Source: Macrostomum hystrix
Lineage: Eukaryota; Animalia; Platyhelminthes
NCBI GenBank assembly: GCA_950097015.1
Contig: CATNEN010000010.1
Coordinates: 2,170,001 to 2,234,000 of the forward strand
Direction: 5' to 3'
DNA length: 64,000 bases
Positions 25,200 to 37,000 of the stretch are shown here, in pieces. The notes under the pieces are model-generated. The model made no database searches. It was not told the DNA's origin and was given only the letters and a program-made list of their open reading frames with translations. Position 1 is the stretch's first letter, and each line of letters begins with the position of its first letter. The translations under genes and the position numbers were made by a program.

Positions 25200-28100
25200 G
25201 AGGGAGAGTAGTAAGTGAGGGAGAGTAGTAAGTGAGGGAGAGTAGTAAGTGAGGGAGAGTAGTAAGTGAGGGAGAGTAGTAAGTGAGGGAGAGTAGTAAG
25301 TAAGGGAGAGTAGTGAGGGAGAGTAGTAAGTGAGGGAGAGTAGTGAGGGAGAGTAGTAAGTGAGGGAGATTAGTAAGTGAGGGAGAGTAGTAAGTGAGGG
25401 AGAGTAGTAAGTGAGGGAGAGTAGTAAGTGAAGGAGATTAGTAAGTGAGGGAGAGTAGTGAGGGAGAGTAGTAAGTGAGGGAGATTAGTAAGTGAGGGAG
25501 AGTAGTAAGTGAGGGAGAGTAGTAAGTGAGGGAGAGTAGTAAGTGAAGGAGATTAGTAAGTGAGGGAGAGTAGTGAGGGAGAGTAGTAAGTGAGGGAGAG
25601 TAGTAAGTGAGGGAGATCAGTAAGTGAGGGAGAGTAGTAAGTGAGGGAGATTAGTAAGTGAGGGAGAGTAGTAAGTGAGGGAGAGTAGTAAGTGAGGGAG
25701 AGTAGTAAGTAAAGGAGATTAGTAAGTGAGGGAGAGTAGTGAGGAGAGTATTAAGTGAGGGAGAGTAGTAAGTGAGGGAGATCAGTAAGTGAGGGAGAGT
25801 AGTAAGTGAGGGAGATTAGTAAGTGAGGGAGAGTAGTAAGTGAGGGAGAGTAGTAAGTGAAGGAGATTAGTAAGTGAGGGAGAGTAGTGAGGGAGAGTAT
25901 TAAGTGAGGGAGAGTAGTGAGGGAGATTAGTAAGTGAGGGAGATCAGTAAGTGAGGGAGAGTAGTAAGTGAGGGAGAGTAGTAAGTGAGGAAGAGTAGTA
26001 AGTGAGGGAGATTAGTAAGTGAGGGAGAGTAGTAAGTGAGGGAGAGTAGTAAGTGAGGAGAGTAGTAAGTGAAGGAGATTAGTAAGTGAGGGAGAGTAGT
26101 GAGGGAGAGTATTAAGTGAGGGAGAGTAGTAAGTGAGGGAGATCAGTAAGTGAGGGAGAGTAGTAAGTGAGGGAGAGTAGTGAGGGAGATTAGTAAGTGA
26201 GGGAGATCAGTAAGTGAGGGAGAGTAGTAAGTGAGGCAGAGTAGTAAGTGAGGGAGATTAGTAAGTGAGGGAGAGTAGTAAGTGAGGGAGATCAGTAAGT
26301 GAGGGAGAGTAGTAAGTGAGGGAGAGTAGTAAGTGAGGGAGAGTAGTAAGTGAGGGAGATTAGTAAGTGAGGGAGAGTAGTAAGTGAGGGAGATTAGTAA
26401 GTGAGGGAGAGTAGTAAGTGAGGGAGAGTAGTAAGTGAGGGAGAGTAGTAAGTGAGGGAGATTAGTAAGTGAGGGAGATCAGTAAGTGAGGGAGAGTAGT
26501 AAGTGAGGGAGAGTAGTAAGTGAGGAAGAGTAGTAAGTGAGGGAGATTAGTAAGTGAGGGAGAGTAGTAAGTGAGGGAGAGTAGTAAGTGAGGGAGAGTA
26601 GTAAGTGAAGGAGATTAGTAAGTGAGGGAGAGTAGTGAGGGAGAGTATTAAGTAAGGGAGAGTAGTAAGTGAGGGAGATCAGTAAGTGAGGGAGAGTAGT
26701 AAGTGAGGGAGAGTAGTGAGGGAGATTAGTAAGTGAGGGAGATCAGTAAGTGAGGGAGAGTAGTAGGTGAGGGAGATTAGTAAGTGAGGGAGAGTAGTAA
26801 GTGAGGCAGAGTAGTAAGTGAGGGAGAGTAGTGAGGGAGAGTAGTAAGTGAGGGAGAGTAGTAAGTGAGGGAGATCAGTAAGTGAGGGAGAGTAGTAAGT
26901 GAGGGAGAGTAGTAAGTGAGGGAGAGTAGTAAGGTGAGGGAGATTAGTAAGTGAGGGAGAGTAGTAGGTGAGGGAGATTAGTAAGTGAGGGAGAGTAGTA
27001 AGTGAGGCAGAGTAGTAAGTGAGGGAGATTAGTAAGTGAGGCAGAGTAGTAAGTGAGGGAGAGTAGTGAGGGAGAGTAGTAAGTGAGGGAGAGTAGTAAG
27101 TGAGGGAGATCAGTAAGTGAGGGAGAGTAGTAAGTGAGGGAGAGTAGTAAGTGAGGGAGAGTAGTAGGTGAGGGAGATTAGTAAGTGAGGGAGAGTAGTA
27201 AGTGAGGGAGAGTAGTAAGTGAGGGAGAGTAGTAAGTGAGGGAGATTAGTAAGTGAGGGAGATTAGTAAGTGAGGGAGAGTAGTGAGGGTGAGAGTAGTA
27301 AGTGAGGGAGAGTAGTAAGTGAGGGAGATTAGTAAGTGAGGGAGATCAGTAAGTGAGGGAGAGTAGTAGGGTGAGGGAGATTAGTAAGTGAGGGAGAGTA
27401 GTAAGTGAGGCAGAGTAGTAAGTGAGGGAGAGTAGTGAGGGAGAGTAGTAAGTGAGGGAGAGTAGTAAGTGAGGGAGATCAGTAAGTGAGGGAGAGTAGT
27501 AAGTGAGGGAGAGTAGTAAGTGAGGGAGAGTAGTAAGTGAGGGAGATTAGTAAGTGAGGGAGAGTAGTAGGTGAGGGAGATTAGTAAGTGAGGGAGAGTA
27601 GTAAGTGAGGCAGAGTAGTAAGTGAGGGAGAGTAGTGAGGGAGAGTAGTAAGTGAGGGAGAGTAGTAAGTGAGGGAGAGTAGTAAGTGAGGGAGAGTAGT
27701 AAGTGAGGGAGATTAGTAAGTGAGGGAGATTAGTAAGTGAGGGAGAGTAGTAAGTGAGGGAGAGTAGTAAGTGAGGGTGATTAGTAAGTGAGGGAGAGTA
27801 GTAAGTGAGGGAGAGTAGTAAGTGAGGGTGATCAGTAAGTGAGGGAGATTAGTAAGTGAGGGAGAGTAGTAAGTGAGGGAGATCAGTAAGTGAGGAAGAT
27901 CAGTTAGTGAGGGAGAGTAGTAAGTGAGGCAGAGTAGTAAGTGAGGGCGAGTAGTGAGGGAGAGTAGTAAGTGAGGGAGAGTAGTAAGTGAGGGAGATCA
28001 GTAAGTGAGGGAGAGTAGTGAGGGAGAGTATTAAGTGAGGGAGAGTAGTAGGTGAGGGAGATTAGTAAGTGAGGGAGAGTAGTAAGTGAGGGAGAGTAGT

Positions 28101-30222
28101 GAGGGAGATTAGTAAGTGAGGGAGAGTAGTAAGTGAGGCAGAGTAGTAAGTGAGGGAGATTAGTAAGTGAGGGAGAGTAGTAAGTGAGGGAGATCAGTAA
28201 GTGAGGGAGAGTAGTAAGTGAGGGAGAGTAGTAAGTGAGGGAGAGTAGTAAGTGAGGGAGAGTAGTAAGTGAGGGAGAGTAGTAAGTGAGGGAGATTAGT
28301 AAGTGAGGGAGAGTAGTAAGTGAGGGAGAGTAGTAAGTGAGGGAGAGTAGTAAGTGAGGGAGATTAGTAAGTGAGGGAGAGTAGTAGGTGAGGGAGATTA
28401 GTAAGTGAGGGAGAGTAGTAAGTGAGGGAGAGTAGTAAGTGAGGGAGATCAGTAAGTGAGGGAGAGTAGTAGGTGAGGGAGATTAGTAAGTGAGGGAGAG
28501 TAGTAAGTGAGGCAGAGTAGTAAGTGAGGAGAGTAGTGAGGGAGAGTAGTAAGTGAGGGAGAGTAGTAAGTGAGGGAGATCAGTAAGTGAGGGAGAGTAG
28601 TAAGTGAGGGAGAGTAGTAAGTGAGGGAGAGTAGTAGGTGAGGGAGATTAGTAAGTGAGGGAGAGTAGTAGGTGAGGGAGATTAGTAAGTGAGGGAGAGT
28701 AGTAAGTGAGGCAGAGTAGTAAGTGAGGGAGATTAGTAAGTGAGGCAGAGTAGTAAGTGAGGGAGAGTAGTGAGGGAGAGTAGTAAGTGAGGGAGAGTAG
28801 TAAGTGAGGGAGATCAGTAAGTGAGGGAGAGTAGTAAGTGAGGGAGAGTAGTAAGTGAGGGAGAGTAGTAGGTGAGGGAGATTAGTAAGTGAGGGAGAGT
28901 AGTAAGTGAGGGAGAGTAGTAAGTGAGGGAGAGTAGTAAGTGAGGGAGATTAGTAAGTGAGGGAGATTAGTAAGTGAGGGAGAGTAGTGAGGGAGAGTAG
29001 TAAGTGAGGGAGAGTAGTAAGTGAGGGAGATTAGTAAGTGAGGGAGATCAGTAAGTGAGGGAGAGTAGTAGGTGAGGGAGATTAGTAAGTGAGGGAGAGT
29101 AGTAAGTGAGGCAGAGTAGTAAGTGAGGGAGAGTAGTGAGGGAGAGTAGTAAGTGAGGGAGAGTAGTAAGTGAGGGAGATCAGTAAGTGAGGGAGAGTAG
29201 TAAGTGAGGGAGAGTAGTAAGTGAGGGAGAGTAGTAAGTGAGGGAGATTAGTAAGTGAGGGAGAGTAGTAGGTGAGGGAGATTAGTAAGTGAGGGAGAGT
29301 AGTAAGTGAGGCAGAGTAGTAAGTGAGGGAGAGTAGTGAGGGAGAGTAGTAAGTGAGGGAGAGTAGTAAGTGAGGGAGAGTAGTAAGTGAGGGAGAGTAG
29401 TAAGTGAGGGAGAGTAGTAAGTGAGGGAGAGTAGTAAGTGAGGGAGAGTAGTAAGTGAGGGAGATTAGTAAGTGAGGGAGATTAGTAAGTGAGGGAGAGT
29501 AGTGAGGGAGAGTAGTAAGTGAGGGAGAGTAGTGAGGGAGAGTAGTAAGTGAGGGAGAGTAGTAAGTGAGGGAGAGTAGTGAGGGAGATTAGTAAGTGAG
29601 GGAGAGTAGTAAGTGAGGGAGAGTAGTAAGTGAGGGAGAGTAGTAAGTGAGGGAGAGTAGTAAGTGAGGGAGAGTAGTAAGTGAGGGAGAGTAGTAAGTG
29701 AGGGAGATCAGTAAGTGAGGGAGAGTAGTAAGTGAGGGAGAGTAGTAAGTGAGGGAGAGTAGTAAGTGAGGGAGAGTAGTAAGTGAGGGAGATTAGTAAG
29801 TGAGGGAGATTAGTAAGTGAGGGAGAGTAGTAAGTGAGGGAGAGTAGTAAGTGAGGGTGATTAGTAAGTGAGGGAGAGTAGTAAGTGAGGGAGAGTAGTA
29901 AGTGAGGGTGATCAGTAAGTGAGGGAGATTAGTAAGTGAGGGAGAGTAGTAAGTGAGGGAGATCAGTAAGTGAGGGAGATCAGTAAGTGAGGGAGAGTAG
30001 TAAGTGAGGCAGAGTAGTAAGTGAGGGAGATTAGTAAGTGAGGGAGATCAGTAAGTGAGGGAGAGTAGTAAGTGAGGGAGAGTAGTAAGTGAGGGAGAGT
30101 AGTAAGTGAGGGAGATTAGTAAGTGAGGCAGAGTAGTAAGTGAGGGAGAGTAGTAAGTGAGGGAGAGTAGTAAGTGAGGGAGATCAGTAAGTGAGGGAGA
30201 TTAGTAAGTGAGGGAGAGTAGG
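25200..30222. repeat. ~5-kb purine-rich 17-bp satellite (gagggagagtagtaagt) between the convergent 3' ends of ODAD1 and DYNC2H1
   Basis: Direct reading; variants gagatt, gagatc, gaggca, gtagg, gggtga and 13-bp deleted units. Confidence 0.97.
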
Positions 30223-31046
30223 AATTTAGGGGAGAGTGGAAAAGGGAAGCAAGTCGGAAGTGAGGGAGAATGGGAAGTGAGAAGAGAGGGTAGAAGTTAC
30301 TGCTCAAAAATACCAGGTGATTTATCGTTAACGATCTGCGGTTAGTTGACACAGAAACATATTAATAAAATAGAATTGAAAACAGTGCATGAATCATTTT
30401 AAATTTGAAGTGCGTGGGAAGTAAATTAGATGCAAACGCTTTATGCACGCGCTGTTCGTGCATTCGCTTTAAATGGTATAAAGGAAATCGAATCCATTTA
30501 CTTCTCGGAGTTATATTTAAAAAATAAGAGGCCCAATTAAAGTGGTTAAGAAAAACAAAGCAAAGTGAAGTTTGCTACAAGAAAAAGCCCGTCATTTAAC
30601 ATGTTTGTAAAGTCAGGTTGAAAATCTTAAAAATGAAGTCAGTCAGGTTTTCATTTTAAGGAAACGTAGAGAATAGCCGAGACTTAACAATTGGGAATTG
30701 GCTCTTCTTTAAGTGTGCGTCGAGCAGAAAATGAACATATTAAAGTTCATTTGTGTGATACAGTGCCTGCGTCTGAAGAAGTGCAACAAAGGAATTGCGT
30801 GGAGCCTGCAAAAGGAGGAAATTGCTAAGTACTCTGCATGTATCTAGAATTAATGCGATCCCACTTGGCAACGAACCTTTTCTCCGAAACCTTCAACGTG
30901 CCGTCTGTAAACTTTTCAGTCTTGTGAGTTTAGATTTCCCATTTCTAACACCAGGTGCCCACTTTTAAGAAGTTTCGCTGCGCGCAGGTCAATTCTACCT
31001 GGACCCTCAGCTGTCCACCCGCACACCCAGGTGTTTAAGTCAGCGG

Positions 31047-34000
31047 CTACTGCGGCTTCAGGAAGAGCGCGGCGCCGCATTGGATCCACTGGTCCTGCGT
31101 GCCCGAGTTGCACGGCAGGTCGAGGCGGGCCACCACGCGGTCCCGGTTCTGGTCGTAGTACACCGGCAGGCTGATGCACTGGTCGGGAGAGTACACGTCA
31201 GCGCTGGTCTTTGGTATCCAGGCCACCGTGACTGCTGGCACCGCCGAGACGCTGGGCGAGTCGCGGCTGTTCTCCGTCAGCTGGCTGCCGTCGAAGGTGC
31301 AGCCCTCGAGCTGGAAGCCGACCAGCTGGGCGGTGAGCCGGGCCTGGCCGATGCTGCCGCGGCCCCAGCTGCAGGCGAACTTCAGGCTGTCCATGGAGCA
31401 GCCGGCCTGGCGTGCGGTCTGCTGCCGCAGCGCGTTCAAGAAGGTGTCCGGCTTGAACAGCTCGCTGAGGTCCAGCGGAGAGCTCAGGAGGTTGTCGTTT
31501 GTCACCTGCGAAGAGAAGACCGCGCGAGTCTGGTTACTTCATTCTCGGCTCTGGTTAAAAGCCGATAGGATAGGAATGTTAAGGAGGCCTATAGGCCTAA
31601 GGAGGCCCGAGGGTACACGTGCTAACTTACACTACGGGCAGTTGGAGTAGGATATTGAGAGTCGTCGAAACTTTGAGGTCTGGCCTTCATACCCCGGAGG
31701 TTTTCTGCCATGCAATCAACTGGGCTGGATATTTAGCGCAGGATACTAATAAAGTTAAACTCGCACCTTCTCCAGCCAGGAGTCGAGAGCGATGGCTCTG
31801 CCGACCAGGCCGTGCAGGTAGAGCAGCGGATCCTCCGGGCCGTCCCAGCGGCTCAACCAGTTCAGCGGCGTCTCACCCAGCAGCAGGGCCTCGGCTAGCT
31901 TCTGGATGTCGGAGGTGAGCAGTTGCGAGCCGCGAATGACCTTGCTGAGGCTGGCCAGTGAGGTGTGCACGTACTGCACCATCTTGATGGCGTTGAAGCG
32001 CTCCAGCAGAACAAATGTCTTGATGGGATTTGAGCTGTCGGAGTGGCTGGGTGGGTTGGCCTTGGCCTGGATCAGTTGGTGGCCTTGGTTCAGCTTCTTC
32101 CACAGGTTCAGGATGGGACTGAGCTCCTGGGCCCAGAGATCCTTGTCGAACTTGACGCCCTTGACGTCCACACGCTGCAGTACGCGCAGCTGGCCGATCA
32201 CCTGCGAGCTGAGGATCCGCTGCGACGAGCGGTCGATGTTCTCCGGCAGGCCGAAGTAGGACGGGTTGTCAAACTCTGGCAGCGTCTCCACTGCGTCCAG
32301 GAACTCCTGTGAAATTATCAATAAAACGAAGGCAATGAGTCGGGGTCATCACTTCCTTGTAAATATTGTCTATCGATGATACACTCCAATCGATCGTTCG
32401 ATACATTAAAACACTCCGATCTCTTGTTCTAGTCCCTACATTCTGATTATGTTAAACTTTACCCTATGATTAGTCGTGCCGGGAACTTTAAGAGGCCCCA
32501 GCCTCCGATTGCCCTTGGTGAGGTTGTTCGGATCAAAGCACTGGTGCAGATACGACTTCAGCACGCGCAAGTCGAAGACATTGTCCACACGGCCACCGTA
32601 TATGGCGTTCTCAAACAATCCGTAAACAAATTCCCACGGAATGGCGTCCTGGTGCTTCTTCACCAGCCTGTCGATGATGTCGGCACCGGCGCGCAGGTCG
32701 GCGTTGCTGAACTCGTAGAACTTTGTCCAGCCCTGCGGGATGAAGTTGCGCCGCTCCTGCAGCACCGCGTGGAACCAGGCCAAGGCGAACAGGGTGCAGG
32801 AGCGCACGACACTGCCCTGCAGCGAGACAAACTGCGGCGTCCAGGTGTCGTAGGTGCGAGATAGATTGCGCTTGACGCCAGGTGGAGCTTCGTATGTCAC
32901 CTTTAAGCTGGTCTGCAGCAATATCGGCGGGAACTTCGGGTGCGGTTCGGCTGTCAGCCACAGCCGGAACTGGGCATGCGGGCGCAGCTGGTTGAGCTCC
33001 TTCTCCAGCACCGGCAGCCAGGCCGTGACCAGGTGCAGGTTCTTCAGGCACAGCCAGTCACCCTCCCTCGAGCAGTCGCGGAGAAGCTTCAGCGCCAGCT
33101 CGCTTTGGCCCTGGCCCATGGCAACTTGGTGATACTTCTCGCTGCCAATGGTCTGAGCCGCCAGCTCCTGCAGCTCCTGGCTGGGGTCGGAGCCGGCGCT
33201 GATCAGCACAAGGACGGGCTCCGTGGCCGATGTCTCCTGCTCAAAGAGTCCCTTGAGGTTGACGTTCGGCGGCGAGATTTCGCGCAGATCAAGAGCGGCA
33301 ATAGCGAACTGGTTCAGGGCTGTGTACAGTCGATCCGGGCGAAGAGCTTGGATAGCCAGAACCTAAACGGTAAAGCGGAAAATATGATTTGTAGTTACTC
33401 TGAAGGGACAGATTCGAGCGCTACGGAGAATCGCACGAATAGTTTAACACTTAACAAAATGTACACAAAATATGAGTAAAGATATATATAATCCTGCCAT
33501 ACTTGGTCCTGATATTTGAACTAAATATTTGAATTTTTGAACTGACCTTCTGGAACGCACTGAGCTTCTTCTCCAGCGGGAACACGTGCTCGCACTCGGA
33601 GCTGCGGCTGAACTCGCGCCACAGGTTGGCGTCCTCCAGGCGCATCTCCTGAGCCAGATCGGGAAGCGACTGCATCAGAGACTGTACATCGCGGCGCCGC
33701 TCCTCGCTGATCCAGCTGGGCACAGTGCCACCGTGCGACTCCGAGACGATCAGGCCGGCGAAGGCCTCCCATTCCTGGTCGCGGAATAGGTCGGACCGCA
33801 TGCCACGGGACATATGCAGAGCGAACATGAGCCTGTCAGCCTTGAACAGCGAGCGGCACACGTACTCGTACACCAGGTGCTTCAGGCGGGTGAGCAGCGC
33901 CTGAATGCGCATGCTCGGTGTTGGACTCTCGCCCTCGCTGGCCAGGGCCCTGTGGAACAGGCTGAGGAAGGCTGTCAGGCTGAAGCGGTACATGTTGTTG

Positions 34001-37000
34001 ATCTTGGCCAGGTCGCAGATTACGAAGAATAGCTTGGACCCGTCCTCAGCTAAGGGCAGGAAGGCACTGCGCTCTTCGTCGAGAGACACCTGCAGCCGCA
34101 TCGACTCGCTAAGCGACTCCTGGATCGTTGTGGAGCTGGCCTTAGTCTGGTTGAGCGACTCCAGCAGCTCCTTGTTCTCCAGGATGTTGCCCTTGGCTTT
34201 GGCCAGCTCTTCCAGCAGCGACTCTTCCAGCTCGGCCAGCTTGATCTTCAGATCCTCTTCCTGCTTCAGAAGCTCCGACTTCTTGACTTCTAGCTCCGGC
34301 TTCTCGTGCTGGATGGTCGCAGCCAGGAGTTGTCCGGTCAGACCAGCTCGCGTTGTCGTGAAATTGACGGTAGGTGACGATGGCCGCAGCGTCCGGTGGC
34401 AGGTCGGGGTTCGGGTTCCGGGTGGTCAGGAACAGTCGGAATTCGGGGTTGTAGTCGATCACCTTCTCTCCGAGTTGAACCACGAAACGCGGGCCTGCGA
34501 AAAAAAATTCGGAAAAATGCACAGGAATATTTAGTGTGTAGCTTGACAGATTCTGGTCTGGGGATTTTCGGAACAGGCTGGCTACTAACTCTACTGCTAG
34601 TACTAGTAATGGTCATTTTTAACAGGTCAAAAGATCACCTTGAGCAATAAGCTCGCTCCTGAGCAGAGGGTAGAGAACAGGCTCGACTCCGTCCACCTCC
34701 TGGATGATGAGCGTCTTGCCGAAGCGCACGGCCAGCTCCAGCGAGGTGGTGAAATTTCCATCTTGCTGATTAATCGCCTCCAGCTTCTGATCCTTCAGGT
34801 GAGTCTTCAGCCAGTCTGTGGCTCGCGATGACGGATCAATGAGGAACGGGCGCAGGGAGCACTGAGGAAGTTGGCGGAGCGGCATTGTGGTTTTGCTACG
34901 TACTTTAGCTTCACGCTTAGTCCATTTGGAAGTAAAAAAACTGAATTTCAAAGAAGAAAAAGAAAGAAGGAAAAACAATTACAATTTAAGACTTCCGGCC
35001 TTCTGCTGGGAATATTTAAATTAAGGCAGCGTTTGATTCTAAATGGGCATCTTGGCCCTTCGCTGATAGCCTCTATAGAATACAAGGATTAGAGTTCAAA
35101 CTTGTAGTTTAAAGCTACCTTGGTGGTTTAGAGAGAGGTGCGAAATTCAAAAAGACAGGAAAACAGCACACAAGCACGGTGTATTTGGCAGCTAATCAAC
35201 TGTGAAAAATGGCAGCGAAACATTCAGAGTAAAAAAAGGCTAGAAAAGCAAGCACTCATCGCTTACTGATGCTTCCTGTGAGTTCATCTGGAACATAAAA
35301 CAATAGCGGAAGCCGTCTCTGGGGGCTTCGTTCTTGCATTTGTACTACATAATAATCTGAGAAGCATACAGATGGACATTGGAGACGTACCTGGAGAATC
35401 ACAATGCCGTTCTCCACGCTGAGATCGTCAGAGGGCAGGCCCTCGCTCTTCCAGATCAGCTGCTCCGACTCTGAAGTGAGGAATCGCCGCAGATCGAAAT
35501 GGCCAGATATCTCCGTGGCCGATAGCCAGGTCTTCACCTGGCTCAAACGCTGGTCCTCTGGCGCGGCCGGCATGTAGCAGATGAAGGCGGCGGCCAGCAA
35601 AGAGCGGACTGGCAGCTCCTCCAGCTCGCTGTCCATGCTCTGCATCTGTTGGTTCCACCGCTGGTGCTCGCCATCTAGCTTCGAGACGAGATTCTCAGCG
35701 GCCTGGATGGTCTCGTTGGCCTTGTCAAGATCCACCTTGAGCCTGGCTGCGTCCGTGGAAAATTTCTGGAACTTGTCTTTCAAGCCTGCCACTTTGTTAT
35801 CCACCTCGGCGAGAGCATTCTTTAATTGGCTCATGCGAGCTTCCGACTTCTCCAGGTTCTTCTTCAGCTTGGCCTGCTCTGACTCCAGCGGTTGGATGCG
35901 CTGCAACACATGGGAGTACTGCACATTGGCCTTCGTCCACTCAGCCAGCGGTGCAGCAGCCACTGACGCACGCTTGGCGTTCACCGGGTCGAATGAGGCC
36001 TTGTTACGCCGCAGGAGTTCCTCCACTTTGGACCGCAGCTCCGGGGTGATCTTGCGAGCCTCGAATGTCTTGATCTCCTCGGTGACGCCGCGTCTGGCCA
36101 GAAAGTTCTTCATCGACTGCCAGGATGTGTCCAGGTTGCCCATCAGGGTCAATACACCTTCCAGTATGTCCCGGATGGTGTCTGGAGGTGCACGCAGCGA
36201 CCGAATCTCTGATAGTGACTCAGACTTAATCGAGCCAACAGCCTTCTTGGCCTCCTCAACCAGCGGTGTTACGTCCTTCAGCTCCAGATCGATCTCGCCG
36301 TTCCGCTTCTGCAGAAGCTTGTTCTCCTCGGCCGTCTGCTCACTCAGCTTTTCCATCTCAACTCTCTGCTCTCCGGCATCGGACATTGCCTTTGTGATCT
36401 CCTTGAGCGCCTCGTCAGCCTCCGTCTGCTTCTCGGTTAGCAGGATCTGCTGATCGGCCGCCTTCTTCTTCAGCTCATCGACGAGAGCCTTGGCTTCGTT
36501 CAGCTTGCTGACACCGGCCTTCAGGTGTTCTTTCTTTTCCTGGATTTTGCTTTTCTTGCCGCTGTACAGTGACTTGTAGGTGTTCAGCAGGTTGATGTAG
36601 CGCCTCGGTGTGGCGTTGACAGCAGGGACACTTTCGTGCACGTGCAGGAATAGTTTTAGCAGACTCTCGCCACCTAGGAGGAGAACATTGCGAAGTGCCG
36701 TTGATTAAATATAGGAAAATACAAATAGACTTCATGCAAGCTGCATACCTGAGAGATGTCTCTGCTTTGGTTCCTCTTTTCTCAGCTTGGCGCCCTCCTC
36801 CCGGGCCACCCTGGTGAGCAGCAGATGCGCCACCCGCACCATCGATTCGCGGCTCCAGTCGCTGAGCCACTGCACGGAGCACTGCTTGAATAGCGCCGGA
36901 TTCGACTCGCAGCGAATAGTGAAGTTCGGGTGATCAAAGTCCATTATCAGCACAATGTGCAGATTGGCTTGCACCCTGGAGGCCAGGAAGTTGGCCAATG

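Noticed and set aside
30916-31179. 87-aa ORF overlapping the DYNC2H1 3' end, and many plus-strand ORFs over 31-45 kb
   Set aside because: Alternative-frame or antisense shadows of GC3-rich coding sequence.
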